Shown in pieces: positions 57,295 to 64,000 of a DNA stretch of 64,000 nt. Position numbers and translations under genes: made by a program. Each line of letters opens with the position of its first letter. Position 1 is the stretch's first letter. The DNA lies in NCBI GenBank assembly GCA_965267575.1, contig OZ254086.1, forward strand, positions 3,072,001-3,136,000, written 5' to 3'. The notes under the pieces were generated by a model. That model worked only from the letters and a program-made list of their open reading frames with translations. It searched no databases and was not told where the DNA came from. The stretch comes from Calditrichales bacterium (GTDB lineage Bacteria > Calditrichota > Calditrichia > Calditrichales > J004).

Positions 57295-57333
57295 ATATTA
57301 GCACAAAAAAACTTAATTATTATGTGCTAATAT
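57295..57333. promoter_or_regulatory. Inverted repeat upstream of vapB (probable TA operator)
   Basis: ATATTAGCACA (57295-305) / TGTGCTAATAT (57323-333), 17-bp spacer. Confidence 0.6.
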
Positions 57334-57344
57334 CGCAACTATTC

Positions 57345-58991
57345 TTATGGTGATAATGTCGGTTGTTTAAACCTCGGCGGATGCTGTTTGTGAAAATCTG
57401 TCTGCTGTTGCCAGGCATTGGCCACCGCCAGCAGCGTGCCTTCATCAAATAGCTTGCCCATAAATGTGATCGACTGCGGCTGACCATCGCGGAATCCAAC
57501 CGGAAGCACAACAGCCGGGTGACCGGTAAGATTTGTTAAAAGCAGGTTAGTGCCTGCGAAGGGCGGGCAAATATAAACATCGATGTTGCGCATGGTTTCC
57601 TGCATCTCGCGGATCAGCAGAGTGCGGGCGCGATTGGCCTGGATATATTCCACCGCCGGAATGAGGCGCGCACTGCGAAACTCATTGGGCCAGGCATTTT
57701 TGATCTGCCGCACCATCAGGTCGTCACGGTTGCTGCGTGTCAAATCATCAAAAGCGGCTGCCGCTTCGGCACTCAGGATAAAGGTCATATTGTAAACAGG
57801 GAAATCAGGCAGTTCAAAAGGCACCAGGCTGGCGCCCAGACCGCGCAGGGTTTCCAGCACCTCTTCATTAAATTCTCGGTTGGCAGAGTCTGACTGAAAA
57901 GCACTTTCGATGTAGCCGATACGGAGTGCCGGCCAATCCACCTCCGCCGCGTAATCGAAGGGGAAATTGCGCACGCTGTTGTCCTGGCCGTCGGGGCCGT
58001 AAATGGCGTTAAAGACAATGGCGCAGTCTTCCACGCTGCGGCAGATCGGACCGATTTTGTCCATGGACCAGCTTAAAGCCATCGCGCCGTGCCGGCTGAC
58101 GCGCCCGAAAGTGGGCCGCAAGCCCGTTGTCCCGCAGCGCACGGACGGCGATACAATCGAGCCCCATGTTTCTGTACCGATGGCAAAGGGCACAAGTCCG
58201 GCTGCCGTGGCCGCGGATGAGCCGGCAGAAGAGCCGCTTGAGCCCTGTTCAGGATTCCACGGGTTACGTGTTTTGCCGCCGTACCACACGTCACCCCAGG
58301 CCAGTGCGCCAAGAGTGAGTTTTGCCACAAGCACCGCGCCAGCTTCCTCAAGTTTGCGGACCACCGTGGCGTCTTCTTCAAATTGCTGGTCCCGGTAAGG
58401 CACGGCACCCCAGCTCGTTTTGTAATCGCGTGTGGCCAGCAGGTCTTTCGCGCCGTAAGGGATGCCGTGCAACAAGCCGCGGTATTTGCCAGACGCCAGT
58501 TCGGCATCGGCACGACGCGCTTCGCGCAGAGCCCGCTCCTCGGTCAAAGTTATAATGCACTGCAGTTGCGGTCCGTATTTTTTCAGGCGATCCACGAAAA
58601 ACTCGGTCAGCTCCACGGAGGAGATTTGTTTGGTGCGGATAAGATGGGCCAGTTCGCGTACCGTGTAAAACGCCAGCTTGTGCATGCTGTCCGGCAGGGC
58701 AAGGCGTTCAGGGGCGGAAAATTTAAGCTGCCGTTTACGCGATACCGGCTTTACACCGGCGGGCAGCGGATCAAATTGAAGCGCAGGCGCCACGTCGTTG
58801 CCGATGTTCATGGCACGTAGCGTGTCGTAGCTGTTGCGGTATCCGTACAGGTTATCCCGCATTGAGTCCCGTTCGGCCTCCGTGAATTGCAGCCCGGAGA
58901 TGTTCGCCGCCGATTTCACATCGTCGCTGGTGATTTCGTTTGTCTCACAGGCGAGTACAATCGCAATAAGTAATAAAAAAAGCTTTTTCAT
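57345..58991 (-). CDS. Amidase-signature family lipoprotein
   Basis: Start MKKLFLL with VLAC lipobox; HGIPYGAKDL, GSSGSSAGS, GTETWGSIVSP, GLRPTFGRVS. Confidence 0.92.
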   Translation of the reverse strand: MKKLFLLLIAIVLACETNEITSDDVKSAANISGLQFTEAERDSMRDNLYGYRNSYDTLRAMNIGNDVAPALQFDPLPAGVKPVSRKRQLKFSAPERLALPDSMHKLAFYTVRELAHLIRTKQISSVELTEFFVDRLKKYGPQLQCIITLTEERALREARRADAELASGKYRGLLHGIPYGAKDLLATRDYKTSWGAVPYRDQQFEEDATVVRKLEEAGAVLVAKLTLGALAWGDVWYGGKTRNPWNPEQGSSGSSAGSSAATAAGLVPFAIGTETWGSIVSPSVRCGTTGLRPTFGRVSRHGAMALSWSMDKIGPICRSVEDCAIVFNAIYGPDGQDNSVRNFPFDYAAEVDWPALRIGYIESAFQSDSANREFNEEVLETLRGLGASLVPFELPDFPVYNMTFILSAEAAAAFDDLTRSNRDDLMVRQIKNAWPNEFRSARLIPAVEYIQANRARTLLIREMQETMRNIDVYICPPFAGTNLLLTNLTGHPAVVLPVGFRDGQPQSITFMGKLFDEGTLLAVANAWQQQTDFHKQHPPRFKQPTLSP

Positions 58992-59039
58992 GGCCTGCTC
59001 CTTTGAATCGCTAAGTCCGCTATGTGTCAATGTGAATTA

Positions 59040-59927
59040 TTAGTGGGCACCACCTTCATAAATCTTTTCACCAGCCGTGACCGGAACCGAAAGCACGTTT
59101 TGCGGCGGGGGCAGGGAGCAGGTGGCGTAAGGCGTAAAAATACAGGGCGGATTATAGGCTTTGTTAAAATCTATGATTGTTTTACCGTCTGCACCCGGCT
59201 TGTCCACGTAAAGGTAACGTCCGGCGCCGTAGGTTTCGTCACCGTTGGTAGCGTCGCCAAAAATCAGGAACCAGCGCTCATCGTCGGGATCGGCCACGGG
59301 ATCAATGCTGTACTTTTCCCCGTCTATTTCAAAAACGAGTTTACCGGGCGATGGTTCGCGCGTTATATAATCCAAAACGTTGGGAACGGCAATATATTGT
59401 AATGTGTCGTGCGGCACCAGTGTGGCCTCAATGCGCCAGCGCGGGTCAACGGGGTAGCGGTCGATACCGGTAAACGATTTTATCAAATTTGAAGCGCTGT
59501 TTTTGAGGCGAATACCATATGTACCTTCGCGTTTTATGACGTACCAGCTATAGCTTTGCCAGCGCAGTATGGTGGGTTCGCCGGTAATGTCCGCCTTTAA
59601 AGTCGTTGTGTTGATTGTATCATTGCCGTGGGTAACAACAACATTATCCGTAATATCCACTCTGATGACGGAATCTTCCAGGAAAAACGTGCCGATTTTT
59701 CCGGGCGTCTCCGGCGGGAAAATTATCGTATTGCCGCTGTCGCTGCCAAAAGTTGTTGCGCCTTGCTCAAGCCAGAAAAGACCTGCCAGGCTAAGCCAGC
59801 CGTCACCCTGGCGCAAACGGTCCACGCGCTGCGTGTGCCATTCATCAACTTCTTTTACATACGTGTCTGTGCCGCTATCGCAGGCAGTAATAAATAATAT
59901 CAGCGATATCGTTAAAATCGTCTTCAT
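59040..59927 (-). CDS. DUF1684 lipoprotein
   Basis: ITAC lipobox; GWLSLAGLFW, FGDATNGDETYGAGRYL, DFNKAYNPPCIFTPYATCSLPP. Confidence 0.9.
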   Translation of the reverse strand: MKTILTISLILFITACDSGTDTYVKEVDEWHTQRVDRLRQGDGWLSLAGLFWLEQGATTFGSDSGNTIIFPPETPGKIGTFFLEDSVIRVDITDNVVVTHGNDTINTTTLKADITGEPTILRWQSYSWYVIKREGTYGIRLKNSASNLIKSFTGIDRYPVDPRWRIEATLVPHDTLQYIAVPNVLDYITREPSPGKLVFEIDGEKYSIDPVADPDDERWFLIFGDATNGDETYGAGRYLYVDKPGADGKTIIDFNKAYNPPCIFTPYATCSLPPPQNVLSVPVTAGEKIYEGGAH

Positions 59928-60005
59928 TATGATCCTGTGGTTTAGTGAGTTTGGAGATGTGTATTTTAGACGTTACGGAGGTTCCGTGCAAGCCGCTGGA
60001 CTCTT

Positions 60006-61604
60006 TCAGCGCAGCAGTAACATTTTGCCGGTTTGAGAGAAGGTCTTCGTTTTAAGGCGGTAGAAATAGACACCGGATGCCAGGGAAGCGGCCTGCCAGC
60101 GCACCGAGCGCGTTCCACTTCCGTAAACCCGCCGGCCCAGGTCCTCGATCAACCGTCCGCCGCTATCGTACACTTTAATAGAAACAGCTGCCTGCCGCGG
60201 CTGCTCCCAGCGGATGGTCGTACTGGCATTAAAAGGGTTGGGGAAGTTGCCCAGCAATCTGAAAGTTTCAATCTCGCCATTCGTACCGGAAATACTGTCC
60301 ACGTAATCCAGCTCGCCATCCATCCATTCGATGCGTGCTTTGAGCCAGGCTTTCATGCGTGTCACCTCTTCTTCATAGCTCTCCGGTGCGTTGTCCGGCC
60401 AGCGTTCAAAATTGCGAATACGTGCTTCTTCTATAAAAACCGACAACATATCAATGCGCTTAAAAAGAGAATCGATGGCGAAGGTGCTATGGCGCAGCAT
60501 GCCCCATCTTTCACGGACGGCGCTCATAAATGTTGTGTTTTGCGTTATCTCTTCCCAATAAAAGGGAACACGGTATCCATCCCAGGGACGACGCACGGTA
60601 TAATCGGTCTGCCAGCCTTCCGTGAGGAATTCGTCTTCGGCATACCAGGCTTTGCCAAAGCTGAGGTTAAAATCCCATAACGGGCCAAATACCAAACGCG
60701 GGTTGTAATCGTCGCGATCTTTGTACATAAAGGCGCTTATGCGGTAGGCGTCTGTATTTTTGGATATCTCGTTCAGCAGAAAATGATCAACGGCAGCATT
60801 CAGATCAACATATTCCAGGTAGCTGTCATCATTATGCGCAAAAGCGCTTTCCAGCTGCTCCATATAGTTTTGGATATAGCTTTTCTGCGCGTCCACCAAT
60901 TCGTCCGGACCGGGATCGTCATATTGATAGGGTGTGCCGGCACTGCTTGTCCAGCCACCCAGGTTCTCGCCCTCGTATTTGTCTATCTTTATCAAATAGC
61001 CGCCGGTAAGCTGAAGACCCGTCGTGTCTACGCTGCGCAGGTTGGCGATATCCACCCGGTTGTCATCACGTTTCAGCTTTTCCATCAGCACATAAAGGCC
61101 GCGGTAATCCTCATTTAAAACCAGTTCACAGAAATGGGTGCGGCTGGCATAGCGGCCAATCTCCCGCGAAAGATCAAAAGCAAGTACGTTGCGGATCATT
61201 GACTGGTCATCGTAGGGGCCGTAGAGAATCCAGTCGTTTTCCTCAGGCAGGCCCATCAACGGGATGTTGAGGTTCTCGCCTGCGGCGTCCTGTGTCTCCA
61301 GGCGGTATTGCTTCTTAGGATACAGCGAAGAGGAACTCCCGCGCAGCTCGATGGCAATACGCCCGTCATAATCATTAAAAGGGTCATCAATATTATTGGT
61401 ATTTCCGGGACCGTTGTCGATCACGCCCATATGCGCGACAATGCGCGGGTCATCAACGATTTCCTGTCCGTCGGTATCAATAATCACGATGGGGTGGGCG
61501 GAAGAATTTAAATCCACCTGCGCGCTTAAAAAAAACGGACAAAGCAACAAAACAGTCGCCCATTTTATCGTGGTTTTTTCGCTTCCTGCTTTCAATGCAT
61601 CCAT
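60006..61604 (-). CDS. Secreted CotH kinase family protein with T9SS-type CTD
   Basis: ELRGSSS, PKKQY, DWIL, YRGLYVLME, NTDAY, GPLWDFNLSFG; NFPNPFN...LASGVYFYRL...GKMLLLR. Confidence 0.9.
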   Translation of the reverse strand: MDALKAGSEKTTIKWATVLLLCPFFLSAQVDLNSSAHPIVIIDTDGQEIVDDPRIVAHMGVIDNGPGNTNNIDDPFNDYDGRIAIELRGSSSSLYPKKQYRLETQDAAGENLNIPLMGLPEENDWILYGPYDDQSMIRNVLAFDLSREIGRYASRTHFCELVLNEDYRGLYVLMEKLKRDDNRVDIANLRSVDTTGLQLTGGYLIKIDKYEGENLGGWTSSAGTPYQYDDPGPDELVDAQKSYIQNYMEQLESAFAHNDDSYLEYVDLNAAVDHFLLNEISKNTDAYRISAFMYKDRDDYNPRLVFGPLWDFNLSFGKAWYAEDEFLTEGWQTDYTVRRPWDGYRVPFYWEEITQNTTFMSAVRERWGMLRHSTFAIDSLFKRIDMLSVFIEEARIRNFERWPDNAPESYEEEVTRMKAWLKARIEWMDGELDYVDSISGTNGEIETFRLLGNFPNPFNASTTIRWEQPRQAAVSIKVYDSGGRLIEDLGRRVYGSGTRSVRWQAASLASGVYFYRLKTKTFSQTGKMLLLR

Positions 61605-61619
61605 AAAAGTGCCAACACT

Positions 61620-62402
61620 TTACCGCAGTTTTGGTTTCAGGGATTCGAAATAATCGAAAGCCTTTTCCAGGGAGCTGCCATACCAGGAAAAGACACGGCC
61701 ATCTACACAGAGCACCCGTGATTCCGGAAGCCGCCCGGATATTTGCCGTGCGTGCGTCTCAGCGAATGGAAATGGCTCCGAGGAGAGGAGAACCACATCA
61801 GGCTTTTTCGCGGCGATGTCTTCCAGCGTTACCTGAGGATAACGTTGCTGCCGGCCAAAGATGTTCTCAAATCCGGCCTCGCGCAGCATCGCCTGGATAA
61901 ACGTGTCTCCGCCCGCAACCATCCACGGGTTCTGCCAGATAAGATAGACCGCGCGCATGCCCGGCAGCATTTTGTAGCTTTCCTTTTTTTTGCGGATTTG
62001 CTCAACCAGGGATGATGATTCCTTCGTTTTCCCGGTTATTTTGCCAACGGCATCAACCATTTTCAAAGCGCCGGACAGATCGCGTACATCGCTTACCCAA
62101 ACCGGGAAAAGCTCCGCCAGCGCCTGAATATCCTCTTTGGTGTTTTCTTCCTTGTTGGCCAGGATCAGATCGGGCTGCAGACTCTGAATTGCCTGCATAC
62201 GCAGCTTTTTTGTACCCCCGACAACGGCCACTTTTTCAACCTTGCCTGCCGGTTCCACGCAATAACGGGTGCGCCCAACGATACGATCGTCCAGACCCAA
62301 AGCGAACAAGAGCTCGGTCTGGGAGGGGACGACGGATACAATCCGCTGCGGATTGCGGGAAATGGAAACACTTCGATCCAGCTGATCGGTATACTTTTTC
62401 AT
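61620..62402 (-). CDS. Helical-backbone metal receptor (BtuF-like substrate-binding protein)
   Basis: PQRIVSVVPSQTELL, VGGTK, LQPDLILANKEEN, LSSEPFPF, DGRVFSWYG. Confidence 0.88.
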   Translation of the reverse strand: MKKYTDQLDRSVSISRNPQRIVSVVPSQTELLFALGLDDRIVGRTRYCVEPAGKVEKVAVVGGTKKLRMQAIQSLQPDLILANKEENTKEDIQALAELFPVWVSDVRDLSGALKMVDAVGKITGKTKESSSLVEQIRKKKESYKMLPGMRAVYLIWQNPWMVAGGDTFIQAMLREAGFENIFGRQQRYPQVTLEDIAAKKPDVVLLSSEPFPFAETHARQISGRLPESRVLCVDGRVFSWYGSSLEKAFDYFESLKPKLR

Positions 62403-62525
62403 AAGGTAAATTTAATACTCTTACCCGCAAAACGCCATAACATATTGGCGTATTAAGTCCCGAAAGGGAGAGCATTTTTTTGTTTTCTGAGATACCCTAT
62501 ATTAAAAGCCTACTCAGGGGATGGA

Positions 62526-62849
62526 ATGATCAGAACAATATCTATCAGCATTGCGGGCGCCTTGGCGTTGTGTATTTTATGGTATTTAATGGGTGTCTAT
62601 AGCCCATATTTTCATTTTATGCTCGTTCCCTGGTGGATTGCCGTTTACGGCTGTGCGCGTTTATGTGCCGGTACGGGCGCTAAAGGGTACGAGAGGCGCG
62701 GGGCAGGTTTTCTTTTCCTGTTTTTTCTGATAACCGTGATTATGATGTCCGAAGAAATGGAGCTTCTGCAATACGTGGCGGCTCTATTGCCGGTGCCCTT
62801 TTTAATAACCTCTGCGGCCAACCGCGAAAAAAAGCGCCACGGGCTTTAA
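62526..62849 (+). CDS. Hypothetical membrane protein
   Basis: AGGGG SD; 3-4 hydrophobic segments; fills an intergenic gap. Confidence 0.6.
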   Translation: MIRTISISIAGALALCILWYLMGVYSPYFHFMLVPWWIAVYGCARLCAGTGAKGYERRGAGFLFLFFLITVIMMSEEMELLQYVAALLPVPFLITSAANREKKRHGL

Positions 62850-62878
62850 CGATTGTCTCACCGGAAAACGAGGTTTTG

Positions 62879-63547
62879 ATGGCAAAACAAAAATTTATCC
62901 CACTTGACATGTACCGCGAATATCACGTTGATCAGATGCTTGAGCGGGCCAAAGCCAATTACGAAGAAGTACGCAGGCGACGCACTGTGCGGCAGTTCTC
63001 GGACCGGCCGGTGTCGAGGGAGATAATCGAAAATTGTATAAAAGCTGCCGGGACTGCGCCCAGCGGTGCCAATTTGCAGCCCTGGCATTTTGTCGCCGTT
63101 TCCGATGCGGCAATCAAAAAAGAAATACGTGAAAAAGCGGAAGAAGAGGAGTACGCGTTTTACCACCAGCGTGCCCCCGAAGAATGGCTGGAAGATTTGC
63201 AGCCATTTGAGACCAACGAAAATAAGCCATTTCTGGAGACCGCCCCCTGGCTGATCGCCGTTTTTGAACAGCGCTATGGCCTGAACGAGGATGGCAGCAG
63301 GAAAAAGCACTATTATGTTACGGAATCCGTGGGGCTGGCTACCGGGCTGCTGATAAACGCCGTTCACCACTCAGGACTTGTTTCGCTTACGCACACACCC
63401 AGCCCGATGAAGTTTCTGAATGATATTTTAAAGCGGCCTCAGAACGAAAAACCGTTCCTGTTACTGGTCGTTGGTTATCCTGCAAAAGACACCCGCGTGC
63501 CGGATATCGGTCGTAAGAATCTGAACGAAATAGCGACTTTTTTATAA
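62879..63547 (+). CDS. Nitroreductase family, iodotyrosine deiodinase (IYD)-like
   Basis: [51 protein letters not shown] before ATG 62879. Confidence 0.88.
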   Translation: MAKQKFIPLDMYREYHVDQMLERAKANYEEVRRRRTVRQFSDRPVSREIIENCIKAAGTAPSGANLQPWHFVAVSDAAIKKEIREKAEEEEYAFYHQRAPEEWLEDLQPFETNENKPFLETAPWLIAVFEQRYGLNEDGSRKKHYYVTESVGLATGLLINAVHHSGLVSLTHTPSPMKFLNDILKRPQNEKPFLLLVVGYPAKDTRVPDIGRKNLNEIATFL

Positions 63548-63560
63548 CGCGGTGCGATTG

Positions 63561-63944
63561 TCAGGAATGACTCAGCAGGGCTTTCAGCAGGTCAAAATCT
63601 TCGTCTGAGTGAACGCGGGCTCTGGTCTCCGCTTCCAATATTTCCATGGCATTCTCCAGGTCAATGGATGGGCGGTAAGGCCTTGATGAAATGAGCGCGA
63701 TAAAACGGTCACACAGCCGAATCCAACGGCTTTCTTCAAAGTGCGGCACCAGGCCAAACGGGTAACCGTTTTTTTTGTCCCGTTCGTGATGCTCTTGCGC
63801 CAGCAGTACACTTTTGTTATCCGCACTCCCCGTATAATAGCACAGAAGCAATGCGCTGAACAGCGGATGCTGATAGATATATTGCCGCTCGTCATCATCA
63901 AGAAAGGAGTGTTTTTCAATAATAAAAAGGGGCACGCGGCTCAT
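63561..63944 (-). CDS. Hypothetical protein
   Basis: 127-aa ORF convergent on the nitroreductase; no recognised motif. Confidence 0.5.
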   Translation of the reverse strand: MSRVPLFIIEKHSFLDDDERQYIYQHPLFSALLLCYYTGSADNKSVLLAQEHHERDKKNGYPFGLVPHFEESRWIRLCDRFIALISSRPYRPSIDLENAMEILEAETRARVHSDEDFDLLKALLSHS

Positions 63945-64000
63945 GCCGCAATTGTGCAGTAAACCAGCGATCGTAACCTGAGGATCGGGAGGCGCATTGC

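Noticed and set aside
62403..62525. Possible cobalamin riboswitch upstream of the BtuF-like gene
   Set aside because: Only two small hairpins in about 120 bp; no B12-box or GCCACTG core on the minus strand.
1..64000. Selenocysteine or stop-codon recoding
   Set aside because: Recognised proteins appear full-length in the standard code; I noticed no in-frame TGA at catalytic Cys positions.

Overview
Gene-dense bacterial chromosomal window of about 57 CDS. I found no rRNA, tRNA, CRISPR array, transposase or phage genes. Six secreted proteins end in a (N)YPNPFN...SG[VI]Y...K[MI]xL[VL][KR] T9SS type A / FlgD-Ig-like C-terminal domain (CTD), and genes use GGAG Shine-Dalgarno sites. Together these suggest a non-Bacteroidota FCB-group organism such as Calditrichota, Ignavibacteria or KSB1 (inference). 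Most genes are ordinary metabolism, transport or proteolysis: GNATs, DinBs, patatin, MFS, CstA, MscL-NfeD-SPFH, ArsA-like ATPase, carbonic anhydrase, PepD, DsbD plus redoxin, AKR, PGM/HAD, GH39, M1 and M3 peptidases, GMC oxidase, arginine deiminase, a PAS hybrid kinase, a TetR-HlyD-ABC efflux operon, VapBC, amidase, CotH and an IYD-like nitroreductase. The most interesting signals are: (1) a lipoprotein plus secreted metalloprotease pair (30784-35882) with patchwork GC. One AT-rich block spans the lipoprotein C-terminus and the protease domain, like a swappable effector/partner cassette. The pair also has a frameshifted CTD and a strong-SD 4-codon uORF. (2) A stand-alone DnaE2-like polymerase whose promoter carries a perfect TGTAC-N4-GTACA palindrome (candidate SOS box). 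(3) A candidate sigma54-dependent ~95-nt sRNA at 24540-24635, with the same TGGCATC-N4-TTGTATT promoter variant recurring at 16080. (4) A split CstA / small partner / ArsA module. (5) A dispersed REP-like hairpin (4258 and 41057) and several short-period intergenic repeats, including a 5x GATC cluster. Family calls are from motif recognition only; no database searches were run.
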